Below are positions 11,260 to 26,200 of a DNA stretch of 64,000 nucleotides, piece after piece (the stretch's first letter is position 1; each line of letters starts with the position of its first letter). The DNA is taken from the NCBI GenBank assembly GCA_964057225.1, contig OZ059894.1, positions 20,646,001 to 20,710,000 on the forward strand. The letters are read 5' to 3'. The DNA comes from Auanema rhodensis. Its lineage: Eukaryota > Animalia > Nematoda. A program made the translations under genes and the position numbers. The notes under the pieces were generated by a model that saw only the letters and a list, made by a program, of their open reading frames with translations, ran no database searches and was not told the DNA's origin.

Positions 11260-14200
11260 AAATCGAGGATATAAGTGTGAACTTATATCAGTTGTTATCT
11301 CGGTGAATTTTTAAGCTAGCGCGAATCTGATAACACAGATCGACGCAGCTTAAAAATCCGCATCGAATGCACTATACTACATTGAGAAACGCTTAATACA
11401 AAAATTAGTTATGATCGTTTGAAAAATGATGCATTAGTGTATGTTGAGTTTCCATGTACACTCAACATTGCTTCCAAAAACATTTTGACAAAAATTTTTT
11501 CGAAAAATTTCAAAATAATTTAGCAAAAAGTAGATGTTTTTAGATTCCATTTTTCAAGGCAAAGACGATGGACAATGTTATTCAACGAAAAAATTAATTC
11601 TTCAGGGTGAAAATCGAGGATATAAGTGTGAACTTATATCAGTTGATATCTCGGTGCATTTTTAAGCTAGCGCAAATCTGATAACACAGATCGACGCAGC
11701 TTAAAAATCCGCATCGAATGCACTATACTACATTGAGAAACGCTTAATACAAAAATTAGTTATGATCGTTTGAAAAATGATGCATTAGTGTATGTTGAGT
11801 TTCCATGTACACTCAACATTGCTTCCAAAAACATTTTGACAAAAATTTTTTCGAAAAATTTCAAAATAATTTAGCAAAAAGTAGATGTTTTTAGATTCCT
11901 TTTTTCAAGGCAAAGACGATGGACAATGTTATTCAACGAAAAAATTAATTCTTCAGGGTGAAAATCGAGGATAAAAGTGTGAACTTATATCAGTTGATAT
12001 CTCGGTGCATTTTTAAGCTAGCGCAAATCTGATAACACAGATCGACGCAGCTTAAAAATCCGCATCGAATGCACTATACTACATTGAGAAACGCTTAATA
12101 CAAAAATTAGTTATGATCGTTTGAAAAATGATGCATTAGTGTATGTTGAGTTTCCATGTACACTCAACATTGCTTCCAAAAACATTTTGACAAAAATTTT
12201 TTCGAAAAATTTCGAAATAATTTAGCAAAAAGTAGATGTTTTTAGATTCCATTTTTCAAGGCAAAGACGATGGACAATGTTATTCAACGAAAAAATTAAT
12301 TCTTCAGGGTGAAAATCGAGGATATAAGTGTGAACTTATATCAGTTGATATCTCGGTGCATTTTTAAGCTAGCGCAAATTTGATAACACAGATCGACGCA
12401 GCTTAAAAATCCGCATCGAATGCACTATACTACATTGAGAAACGCTTAATACAAAAATTAGTTATGATCGTTTGAAAAATGATGCATTAGTGTATGTTGA
12501 GTTTCCATGTACACTCAACATTGCTTCCAAAAACATTTTGACAAAAATTTTTTCGAAAAATTTCGAAATAATTTAGCAAAAAGTAGATGTTTTTAGATTC
12601 CATTTTTCAAGGCAAAGACGATGGACAATGTTATTCAACGAAAAAATTAATTCTTCAGGGTGAAAATCGAGGATATAAGTGTGAACTTATATCAGTTGAT
12701 ATCTCGGTGCATTTTTAAGCTAGCGCAAATTTGATAACACAGATCGACGCAGCTTCAAAATCCGCATCGAATGCACTATACTACATTGAGAAACGCTTAA
12801 TACAAAAATTAGTTATGATCGTTTGAAAAATGATGCATTAGTGTATGTTGAGTTTCCATGTACACTCAACATTGCTTCCAAAAACATTTTGACAAAAATT
12901 TTTTCGAGAAATTTCAAAATAATTCAGCAAAAAGTAGATGTTTTTAGATTCCTTTTTTCAAGGCAAAGACGATGGACAATGTTATTCAACGAAAAAATTA
13001 ATTCTTCAGGGTGAAAATCGAGGATATAAGTGTGAACTTATATCAGTTGATATCTCGGTGCATTTTTAAGCTAGCGCAAATTTGATAACACAGATCGACG
13101 CAGCTTAAAAATCCGCATCGAATGCACTATACTACATTGAGAAACGCTTAATACAAAAATTAGTTATGATCGTTTGAAAAATGATGCATTAGTGTATGTT
13201 GAGTTTCCATGTACACTCAACATTGCTTCCAAAAACATTTTGACAAAAATTTTTTCGAAAAATTTCGAAATAATTTAGCAAAAAGTAGATGTTTTTAGAT
13301 TCCATTTTTCAAGGCAAAGACGATGGACAATGTTATTCAACGAAAAAATTAATTCTTCAGGGTGAAAATCGAGGATATAAGTGTGAACTTATATCAGTTG
13401 ATATCTCGGTGCATTTTTAAGCTAGCGCAAATTTGATAACACAGATCGACGCAGCTTAAAAATCCGCATCGAATGCACTATACTACATTGAGAAACGCTT
13501 AATACAAAAATTAGTTATGATCGTTTGAAAAATGATGCATTAGTGTATGTTGAGTTTCCATGTACACTCAACATTGCTTCCAAAAACATTTTGACAAAAA
13601 TTTTTTCGAAAAATTTCGAAATAATTTAGCAAAAAGTAGATGTTTTTAGATTCCATTTTTCAAGGCAAAGACGATGGACAATGTTATTCAACGAAAAAAT
13701 TAATTCTTCAGGGTGAAAATCGAGGATATAAGTGTGAACTTATATCAGTTGATATCTCGGTGCATTTTTAAGCTAGCGCAAATTTGATAACACAGATCGA
13801 CGCAGCTTCAAAATCCGCATCGAATGCACTATACTACATTGAGAAACGCTTAATACAAAAATTAGTTATGATCGTTTGAAAAATGATGCATTAGTGTATG
13901 TTGAGTTTCCATGTACACTCAACATTGCTTCCAAAAACATTTTGACAAAAATTTTTTCGAGAAATTTCAAAATAATTCAGCAAAAAGTAGATGTTTTTAG
14001 ATTCCTTTTTTCAAGGCAAAGACGATGGACAATGTTATTCAACGAAAAAATTAATTCTTCAGGGTGAAAATCGAGGATATAAGTGTGAACTTATATCAGT
14101 TGATATCTCGGTGAATTTTTAAGCTAGCGCGAATCTGATAACACAGATCGACGCAGCTTAAAAATCCGCATCGAATGCACTATACTACATTGAGAAACGC

Positions 14201-17200
14201 TTAATACAAAAATTAGTTATGATCGTTTGAAAAATGATGCATTAGTGTATGTTGAGTTTCCATGTACACTCAACATTGCTTCCAAAAACATTTTGACAAA
14301 AATTTTTTCGAAAAATTTCAAAATAATTTAGCAAAAAGTAGATGTTTTTAGATTCCTTTTTTCAAGGCAAAGACGATGGACAATGTTATTCAACGAAAAA
14401 ATTAATTCTTCAGGGTGAAAATCGAGGATAAAAGTGTGAACTTATATCAGTTGATATCTCGGTGCATTTTTAAGCTAGCGCAAATCTGATAACACAGATC
14501 GACGCAGCTTAAACATCCGCATCGAATGCACTATACTACATTGAGAAACGCTTAATACAAAAATTAGTTATGATCGTTTGAAAAATGATGCATTAGTGTA
14601 TGTTGAGTTTCCATGTACACTCAACATTGCTTCCAAAAACATTTTGACAAAAATTTTTTCGAAAAATTTCGAAATAATTTAGCAAAAAGTAGATGTTTTT
14701 AGATTCCATTTTTCAAGGCAAAGACGATGGACAATGTTATTCAACGAAAAAATTAATTCTTCAGGGTGAAAATCGAGGATATAAGTGTGAACTTATATCA
14801 GTTGATATCTCGGTGCATTTTTAAGCTAGCGCAAATCTGATAACACAGATCGACGCAGCTTCAAAATCCGCATCGAATGCACTATACTACATTGAGAAAC
14901 GCTTAATACAAAAATTAGTTATGATCGTTTGAAAAATGATGCATTAGTGTATGTTGAGTTTCCATGTACACTCAACATTGCTTCCAAAAACATTTTGACA
15001 AAAATTTTTTCGAGAAATTTCAAAATAATTCAGCAAAAAGTAGATGTTTTTAGATTCCTTTTTTCAAGGCAAAGACGATGGACAATGTTATTCAACGAAA
15101 AAATTAATTCTTCAGGGTGAAAATCGAGGATATAAGTGTGAACTTATATCAGTTGATATCTCGGTGAATTTTTAAGCTAGCGCGAATCTGATAACACAGA
15201 TCGACGCAGCTTAAAAATCCGCATCGAATGCACTATACTACATTGAGAAACGCTTAATACAAAAATTAGTTATGATCGTTTGAAAAATGATGCATTAGTG
15301 TATGTTGAGTTTCCATGTACACTCAACATTGCTTCCAAAAACATTTTGACAAAAATTTTTTCGAAAAATTTCAAAATAATTTAGCAAAAAGTAGATGTTT
15401 TTAGATTCCATTTTTCAAGGCAAAGACGATGGACAATGTTATTCAACGGAAAAATTAATTCTTCAGGGTGAAAATCGAGGATATAAGTGTGAACTTATAT
15501 CAGTTGATATCTCGGTGCATTTTTAAGCTAGCGCAAATCTGATAACACAGATCGACGCAGCTTAAAAATCCGCATCGAATGCACTATACTACATTGAGAA
15601 ACGCTTAATACAAAAATTAGTTATGATCGTTTGAAAAATGATGCATTAGTGTATGTTGAGTTTCCATGTACACTCAACATTGCTTCCAAAAACATTTTGA
15701 CAAAAATTTTTTCGAAAAATTTCAAAATAATTTAGCAAAAAGTAGATGTTTTTAGATTCCTTTTTTCAAGGCAAAGACGATGGACAATGTTATTCAACGA
15801 AAAAATTAATTCTTCAGGGTGAAAATCGAGGATAAAAGTGTGAACTTATATCAGTTGATATCTCGGTGCATTTTTAAGCTAGCGCAAATCTGATAACACA
15901 GAACGACGCAGCTTAAAAATTCGCATCGAATGCACTATACTACATTGAGAAACGCTTAATACAAAAATTAGTTATGATCGTTTGAAAAATGATGCATTAG
16001 TGTATGTTGAGTTTCCATGTACACTCAACATTGCTTCCAAAAACATTTTGACAAAAATTTTTTCGAAAAATTTCAAAATAATTTAGCAAAAAGTAGATGT
16101 TTTTAGATTCCTTTTTTCAAGGCAAAGACGATGGACAATGTTATTCAACGAAAAAATTAATTCTTCAGGGTGAAAATCGAGGATAAAAGTGTGAACTTAT
16201 ATCAGTTGATATCTCGGTGCATTTTTAAGCTAGCGCAAATCTGATAACACAGATCGACGCAGCTTAAAAATCCGCATCGAATGCACTATACTACATTGAG
16301 AAACGCTTAATACAAAAATTAGTTATGATCGTTTGAAAAATGATGCATTAGTGTATGTTGAGTTTCCATGTACACTCAACATTGCTTCCAAAAACATTTT
16401 GACAAAAATTTTTTCGAAAAATTTCGAAATAATTTAGCAAAAAGTAGATGTTTTTAGATTCCATTTTTCAAGGCAAAGACGATGGACAATGTTATTCAAC
16501 GAAAAAATTAATTCTTCAGGGTGAAAATCGAGGATATAAGTGTGAACTTATATCAGTTGATATCTCGGTGCATTTTTAAGCTAGCGCAAATTTGATAACA
16601 CAGATCGACGCAGCTTAAAAATCCGCATCGAATGCACTATACTACATTGAGAAACGCTTAATACAAAAATTAGTTATGATCGTTTGAAAAATGATGCATT
16701 AGTGTATGTTGAGTTTCCATGTACACTCAACATTGCTTCCAAAAACATTTTGACAAAAATTTTTTCGAAAAATTTCGAAATAATTTAGCGAAAAGTAGAT
16801 GTTTTTAGATTCCATTTTTCAAGGCAAAGACGATGGACAATGTTATTCAACGAAAAAATTAATTCTTCAGGGTGAAAATCGAGGATATAAGTGTGAACTT
16901 ATATCAGTTGATATCTCGGTGCATTTTTAAGCTAGCGCAAATTTGATAACACAGATCGACGCAGCTTCAAAATCCGCATCGAATGCACTATACTACATTG
17001 AGAAACGCTTAATACAAAAATTAGTTATGATCGTTTGAAAAATGATGCATTAGTGTATGTTGAGTTTCCATGTACACTCAACATTGCTTCCAAAAACATT
17101 TTGACAAAAATTTTTTCGAGAAATTTCAAAATAATTCAGCAAAAAGTAGATGTTTTTAGATTCCTTTTTTCAAGGCAAAGACGATGGACAATGTTATTCA

Positions 17201-20200
17201 ACGAAAAAATTAATTCTTCAGGGTGAAAATCGAGGATATAAGTGTGAACTTATATCAGTTGATATCTCGGTGAATTTTTAAGCTAGCGCGAATCTGATAA
17301 CACAGATCGACGCAGCTTAAAAATCCGCATCGAATGCACTATACTACATTGAGAAACGCTTAATACAAAAATTAGTTATGATCGTTTGAAAAATGATGCA
17401 TTAGTGTATGTTGAGTTTCCATGTACACTCAACATTGCTTCCAAAAACATTTTGACAAAAATTTTTTCGAAAAATTTCAAAATAATTTAGCAAAAAGTAG
17501 ATGTTTTTAGATTCCTTTTTTCAAGGCAAAGACGATGGACAATGTTATTCAACGAAAAAATTAATTCTTCAGGGTGAAAATCGAGGATAAAAGTGTGAAC
17601 TTATATCAGTTGATATCTCGGTGCATTTTTAAGCTAGCGCAAATCTGATAACACAGATCGACGCAGCTTAAACATCCGCATCGAATGCACTATACTACAT
17701 TGAGAAACGCTTAATACAAAAATTAGTTATGATCGTTTGAAAAATGATGCATTAGTGTATGTTGAGTTTCCATGTACACTCAACATTGCTTCCAAAAACA
17801 TTTTGACAAAAATTTTTTCGAAAAATTTCGAAATAATTTAGCAAAAAGTAGATGTTTTTAGATTCCATTTTTCAAGGCAAAGACGATGGACAATGTTATT
17901 CAACGAAAAAATTAATTCTTCAGGGTGAAAATCGAGGATATAAGTGTGAACTTATATCAGTTGATATCTCGGTGCATTTTTAAGCTAGCGCAAATCTGAT
18001 AACACAGATCGACGCAGCTTCAAAATCCGCATCGAATGCACTATACTACATTGAGAAACGCTTAATACAAAAATTAGTTATGATCGTTTGAAAAATGATG
18101 CATTAGTGTATGTTGAGTTTCCATGTACACTCAACATTGCTTCCAAAAACATTTTGACAAAAATTTTTTCGAGAAATTTCAAAATAATTCAGCAAAAAGT
18201 AGATGTTTTTAGATTCCTTTTTTCAAGGCAAAGACGATGGACAATGTTATTCAACGAAAAAATTAATTCTTCAGGGTGAAAATCGAGGATATAAGTGTGA
18301 ACTTATATCAGTTGATATCTCGGTGAATTTTTAAGCTAGCGCGAATCTGATAACACAGATCGACGCAGCTTAAAAATCCGCATCGAATGCACTATACTAC
18401 ATTGAGAAACGCTTAATACAAAAATTAGTTATGATCGTTTGAAAAATGATGCATTAGTGTATGTTGAGTTTCCATGTACACTCAACATTGCTTCCAAAAA
18501 CATTTTGACAAAAATTTTTTCGAAAAATTTCAAAATAATTTAGCAAAAAGTAGATGTTTTTAGATTCCATTTTTCAAGGCAAAGACGATGGACAATGTTA
18601 TTCAACGGAAAAATTAATTCTTCAGGGTGAAAATCGAGGATATAAGTGTGAACTTATATCAGTTGATATCTCGGTGCATTTTTAAGCTAGCGCAAATCTG
18701 ATAACACAGATCGACGCAGCTTAAAAATCCGCATCGAATGCACTATACTACATTGAGAAACGCTTAATACAAAAATTAGTTATGATCGTTTGAAAAATGA
18801 TGCATTAGTGTATGTTGAGTTTCCATGTACACTCAACATTGCTTCCAAAAACATTTTGACAAAAATTTTTTCGAAAAATTTCAAAATAATTTAGCAAAAA
18901 GTAGATGTTTTTAGATTCCTTTTTTCAAGGCAAAGACGATGGACAATGTTATTCAACGAAAAAATTAATTCTTCAGGGTGAAAATCGAGGATAAAAGTGT
19001 GAACTTATATCAGTTGATATCTCGGTGCATTTTTAAGCTAGCGCAAATCTGATAACACAGATCGACGCAGCTTAAAAATCCGCATCGAATGCACTATACT
19101 ACATTGAGAAACGCTTAATACAAAAATTAGTTATGATCGTTTGAAAAATGATGCATTAGTGTATGTTGAGTTTCCATGTACACTCAACTTTGCTTCCAAA
19201 AACATTTTGACAAAAATTTTTTCGAAAAATTTCGAAATAATTTAGCAAAAAGTAGATGTTTTTAGATTCCATTTTTCAAGGCAAAGACGATGGACAATGT
19301 TATTCAACGAAAAAAATTAATTCTTCAGGGTGAAAATCGAGGATATAAGTGTGAACTTATATCAGTTGATATCTCGGTGCATTTTTAAGCTAGCGCAAAT
19401 CTGATAACACAGATCGACGCAGCTTCAAAATCCGCATCGAATGCACTATACTACATTGAGAAACGCTTAATACAAAAATTAGTTATGATCGTTTGAAAAA
19501 TGATGCATTAGTGTATGTTGAGTTTCCATGTACACTCAACATTGCTTCCAAAAACATTTTGACAAAAATTTTTTCGAAAAATTTCGAAATAATTTAGCAA
19601 AAAGTAGATGTTTTTAGATTCCATTTTTCAAGGCAAAGACGATGGACAATGTTATTCAACGAAAAAATTAATTCTTCAGGGTGAAAATCGAGGATATAAG
19701 TGTGAACTTATATCAGTTGATATCTCGGTGCATTTTTAAGCTAGCGCAAATTTGATAACACAGATCGACGCAGCTTCAAAATCCGCATCGAATGCACTAT
19801 ACTACATTGAGAAACGCTTAATACAAAAATTAGTTATGATCGTTTGAAAAATGATGCATTAGTGTATGTTGAGTTTCCATGTACACTCAACATTGCTTCC
19901 AAAAACATTTTGACAAAAATTTTTTCGAAAAATTTCAAAATAATTTAGCAAAAAGTAGATGTTTTTAGATTCCTTTTTTCAAGGCAAAGACGATGGACAA
20001 TGTTATTCAACGAAAAAATTAATTCTTCAGGGTGAAAATCGAGGATAAAAGTGTGAACTTATATCAGTTGATATCTCGGTGCATTTTTAAGCTAGCGCAA
20101 ATCTGATAACACAGATCGACGCAGCTTAAAAATCCGCATCGAATGCACTATACTACATTGAGAAACGCTTAATACAAAAATTAGTTATGATCGTTTGAAA

Positions 20201-23200
20201 AATGATGCATTAGTGTATGTTGAGTTTCCATGTACACTCAACTTTGCTTCCAAAAACATTTTGACAAAAATTTTTTCGAAAAATTTCGAAATAATTTAGC
20301 AAAAAGTAGATGTTTTTAGATTCCATTTTTCAAGGCAAAGACGATGGACAATGTTATTCAACGAAAAAAATTAATTCTTCAGGGTGAAAATCGAGGATAT
20401 AAGTGTGAACTTATATCAGTTGATATCTCGGTGCATTTTTAAGCTAGCGCAAATCTGATAACACAGATCGACGCAGCTTCAAAATCCGCATCGAATGCAC
20501 TATACTACATTGAGAAACGCTTAATACAAAAATTAGTTATGATCGTTTGAAAAATGATGCATTAGTGTATGTTGAGTTTCCATGTACACTCAACATTGCT
20601 TCCAAAAACATTTTGACAAAAATTTTTTCGAAAAATTTCAAAATAATTTAGCAAAAAGTAGATGTTTTTAGATTCCTTTTTTCAAGGCAAAGACGATGGA
20701 CAATGTTATTCAACGAAAAAATTAATTCTTCAGGGTGAAAATCGAGGATAAAAGTGTGAACTTATATCAGTTGATATCTCGGTGCATTTTTAAGCTAGCG
20801 CAAATCTGATAACACAGATCGACGCAGCTTAAAAATCCGCATCGAATGCACTATACTACATTGAGAAACGCTTAATACAAAAATTAGTTATGATCGTTTG
20901 AAAAATGATGCATTAGTGTATGTTGAGTTTCCATGTACACTCAACTTTGCTTCCAAAAACATTTTGACAAAAATTTTTTCGAAAAATTTCGAAATAATTT
21001 AGCAAAAAGTAGATGTTTTTAGATTCCATTTTTCAAGGCAAAGACGATGGACAATGTTATTCAACGAAAAAAATTAATTCTTCAGGGTGAAAATCGAGGA
21101 TATAAGTGTGAACTTATATCAGTTGATATCTCGGTGCATTTTTAAGCTAGCGCAAATCTGATAACACAGATCGACGCAGCTTCAAAATCCGCATCGAATG
21201 CACTATACTACATTGAGAAACGCTTAATACAAAAATTAGTTATGATCGTTTGAAAAATGATGCATTAGTGTATGTTGAGTTTCCATGTACACTCAACATT
21301 GCTTCCAAAAACATTTTGACAAAAATTTTTTCGAAAAATTTCGAAATAATTTAGCAAAAAGTAGATGTTTTTAGATTCCATTTTTCAAGGCAAAGACGAT
21401 GGACAATGTTATTCAACGAAAAAATTAATTCTTCAGGGTGAAAATCGAGGATATAAGTGTGAACTTATATCAGTTGATATCTCGGTGCATTTTTAAGCTA
21501 GCGCAAATTTGATAACACAGATCGACGCAGCTTCAAAATCCGCATCGAATGCACTATACTACATTGAGAAACGCTTAATACAAAAATTAGTTATGATCGT
21601 TTGAAAAATGATGCATTAGTGTATGTTGAGTTTCCATGTACACTCAACATTGCTTCCAAAAACATTTTGACAAAAATTTTTTCGAGAAATTTCAAAGTAA
21701 TTCAGCAAAAAGTAGATGTTTTTAGATTCCTTTTTTCAAGGCAAAGACGATGGACAATGTTATTCAACGAAAAAATTAATTCTTCAGGGTGAAAATCGAG
21801 GATATAAGTGTGAACTTATATCAGTTGATATCTCGGTGAATTTTTAAGCTAGCGCGAATCTGATAACACAGATCGACGCAGCTTAAAAATCCGCATCGAA
21901 TGCACTATACTACATTGAGAAACGCTTAATACAAAAATTAGTTATGATCGTTTGAAAAATGATGCATTAGTGTATGTTGAGTTTCCATGTACACTCAACA
22001 TTGCTTCCAAAAACATTTTGACAAAAATTTTTTCGAAAAATTTCAAAATAATTTAGCAAAAAGTAGATGTTTTTAGATTCCTTTTTTCAAGGCAAAGACG
22101 ATGGACAATGTTATTCAACGAAAAAATTAATTCTTCAGGGTGAAAATCGAGGATAAAAGTGTGAACTTATATCAGTTGATATCTCGGTGCATTTTTAAGC
22201 TAGCGCAAATCTGATAACACAGATCGACGCAGCTTCAAAATCCGCATCGAATGCACTATACTACATTGAGAAACGCTTAATACAAAAATTAGTTATGATC
22301 GTTTGAAAAATGATGCATTAGTGTATGTTGAGTTTCCATGTACACTCAACATTGCTTCCAAAAACATTTTGACAAAAATTTTTTCGAGAAATTTCAAAAT
22401 AATTCAGCAAAAAGTAGATGTTTTTAGATTCCTTTTTTCAAGGCAAAGACGATGGACAATGTTATTCAACGAAAAAATTAATTCTTCAGGGTGAAAATCG
22501 AGGATATAAGTGTGAACTTATATCAGTTGATATCTCGGTGAATTTTTAAGCTAGCGCGAATCTGATGACACAGATCGACGCAGCTTAAAAATCCGCATCG
22601 AATGCACTATACTACATGGAGAAACGCTTAATACAAAAATTAGTTATGATCGTTTGAAAAATGATGCATTAGTGTATGTTGAGTTTCCATGTACACTCAA
22701 CATTGCTTCCAAAAACATTTTGACAAAAATTTTTTCGAAAAATTTCAAAATAATTTAGCAAAAAGTAGATGTTTTTAGATTCCATTTTTCAAGGCAAAGA
22801 CGATGGACAATGTTATTCAACGGAAAAATTAATTCTTCAGGGTGAAAATCGAGGATATAAGTGTGAACTTATATCAGTTGATATCTCGGTGCATTTTTAA
22901 GCTAGCGCAAATCTGATAACACAGATCGACGCAGCTTAAAAATCCGCATCGAATGCACTATACTACATTGAGAAACGCTTAATACAAAAATTAGTTATGA
23001 TCGTTTGAAAAATGATGCATTAGTGTATGTTGAGTTTCCATGTACACTCAACATTGCTTCCAAAAACATTTTGACAAAAATTTTTTCGAAAAATTTCGAA
23101 ATAATTTAGCAAAAAGTAGATGTTTTTAGATTCCATTTTTCAAGGCAAAGACGATGGACAATGTTATTCAACGAAAAAATTAATTCTTCAGGGTGAAAAT

Positions 23201-26200
23201 CGAGGATATAAGTGTGAACTTATATCAGTTGATATCTCGGTGCATTTTTAAGCTAGCGCAAATTTGATAACACAGATCGACGCAGCTTCAAAATCCGCAT
23301 CGAATGCACTATACTACATTGAGAAACGCTTAATACAAAAATTAGTTATGATCGTTTGAAAAATGATGCATTAGTGTATGTTGAGTTTCCATGTACACTC
23401 AACATTGCTTCCAAAAACATTTTGACAAAAATTTTTTCGAGAAATTTCAAAATAATTCAGCAAAAAGTAGATGTTTTTAGATTCCTTTTTTCAAGGCAAA
23501 GACGATGGACAATGTTATTCAACGAAAAAATTAATTCTTCAGGGTGAAAATCGAGGATATAAGTGTGAACTTATATCAGTTGATATCTCGGTGCATTTTT
23601 AAGCTAGCGCAAATCTGATAACACAGATCGACGCAGCTTCAAAATCCGCATCGAATGCACTATACTACATTGAGAAACGCTTAATACAAAAATTAGTTAT
23701 GATCGTTTGAAAAATGATGCATTAGTGTATGTTGAGTTTCCATGTACACTCAACATTGCTTCCAAAAACATTTTGACAAAAATTTTTTCGAAAAATTTCG
23801 AAATAATTTAGCAAAAAGTAGATGTTTTTAGATTCCATTTTTCAAGGCAAAGACGATGGACAATGTTATTCAACGAAAAAATTAATTCTTCAGGGTGAAA
23901 ATCGAGGATATAAGTGTGAACTTATATCAGTTGATATCTCGGTGCATTTTTAAGCTAGCGCAAATTTGATAACACAGATCGACGCAGCTTCAAAATCCGC
24001 ATCGAATGCACTATACTACATTGAGAAACGCTTAATACAAAAATTAGTTATGATCGTTTGAAAAATGATGCATTAGTGTATGTTGAGTTTCCATGTACAC
24101 TCAACATTGCTTCCAAAAACATTTTGACAAAAATTTTTTCGAAAAATTTCGAAATAATTTAGCAAAAAGTAGATGTTTTTAGATTCCATTTTTCAAGGCA
24201 AAGACGATGGACAATGTTATTCAACGAAAAAATTAATTCTTCAGGGTGAAAATCGAGGATATAAGTGTGAACTTATATCAGTTGATATCTCGGTGCATTT
24301 TTAAGCTAGCGCAAATTTGATAACACAGATCGACGCAGCTTCAAAATCCGCATCGAATGCACTATACTACATTGAGAAACGCTTAATACAAAAATTAGTT
24401 ATGATCGTTTGAAAAATGATGCATTAGTGTATGTTGAGTTTCCATGTACACTCAACATTGCTTCCAAAAACATTTTGACAAAAATTTTTTCGAAAAATTT
24501 CGAAATAATTTAGCAAAAAGTAGATGTTTTTAGATTCCATTTTTCAAGGCAAAGACGATGGACAATGTTATTCAACGAAAAAATTAATTCTTCAGGGTGA
24601 AAATCGAGGATATAAGTGTGAACTTATATCAGTTGATATCTCGGTGCATTTTTAAGCTAGCGCAAATTTGATAACACAGATCGACGCAGCTTCAAAATCC
24701 GCATCGAATGCACTATACTACATTGAGAAACGCTTAATACAAAAATTAGTTATGATCGTTTGAAAAATGATGCATTAGTGTATGTTGAGTTTCCATGTAC
24801 ACTCAACATTGCTTCCAAAAACATTTTGACAAAAATTTTTTCGAGAAATTTCAAAATAATTCAGCAAAAAGTAGATGTTTTTAGATTCCTTTTTTCAAGG
24901 CAAAGACGATGGACAATGTTATTCAACGAAAAAATTAATTCTTCAGGGTGAAAATCGAGGATATAAGTGTGAACTTATATCAGTTGATATCTCGGTGAAT
25001 TTTTAAGCTAGCGCGAATCTGATAACACAGATCGACGCAGCTTAAAAATCCGCATCGAATGCACTATACTACATTGAGAAACGCTTAATACAAAAATTAG
25101 TTATGATCGTTTGAAAAATGATGCATTAGTGTATGTTGAGTTTCCATGTACACTCAACATTGCTTCCAAAAACATTTTGACAAAAATTTTTTCGAAAAAT
25201 TTCAAAATAATTTAGCAAAAAGTAGATGTTTTTAGATTCCTTTTTTCAAGGCAAAGACGATGGACAATGTTATTCAACGAAAAAATTAATTCTTCAGGGT
25301 GAAAATCGAGGATAAAAGTGTGAACTTATATCAGTTGATATCTCGGTGCATTTTTAAGCTAGCGCAGATCTGATAACACAGATCGACGCAGCTTAAAAAT
25401 CCGCATCGAATGCACTATACTACATTGAGAAACGCTTAATACAAAAATTAGTTATGATCGTTTGAAAAATGATGCATTAGTGTATGTTGAGTTTCCATGT
25501 ACACTCAACATTGCTTCCAAAAACATTTTGACAAAAATTTTTTCGAGAAATTTCAAAATAATTCAGCAAAAAGTAGATGTTTTTAGATTCCTTTTTTCAA
25601 GGCAAAGACGATGGAAAATGTTATTCAACGAAAAAATTAATTCTTCAGGGTGAAAATCGAGGATAAAAGTGTGAACTTATATCAGTTGATATCTCGGTGC
25701 ATTTTTAAGCTAGCGCAAATCTGATAACACAGATCGACGCAGCTTAAAAATCCGCATCGAATGCACTATACTACATTGAGAAACGCTTAATACAAAAATT
25801 AGTTATGATCGTTTGAAAAATGATGCATTAGTGTATGTTGAGTTTCCATGTACACTCAACATTGCTTCCAAAAACATTTTGACAAAAATTTTTTCGAAAA
25901 ATTTCAAAATAATTTAGCAAAACGTAGATGTTTTTAGATTCCATTTTTCAAGGCAAAGACGATGGACAATGTTATTCAACGAAAAAATTAATTCTTCAGG
26001 GTGAAAATCGAGGATATAAGTGTGAACTTATATCAGTTGATATCTCGGTGCATTTTTAAGCTAGCGCAAATCTGATAACACAGATCGACGCAGCTTAAAA
26101 ATCCGCATCGAATGCACTATACTACATTGAGAAACGCTTAATACAAAAATTAGTTATGATCGTTTGAAAAATGATGCATTAGTGTATGTTGAGTTTCCAT

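Noticed and set aside
22562-22568. CUGAUGA on the + strand (hammerhead core or snoRNA-box-like)
   Set aside because: Single-copy SNP of CTGATAA, with no supporting helices.
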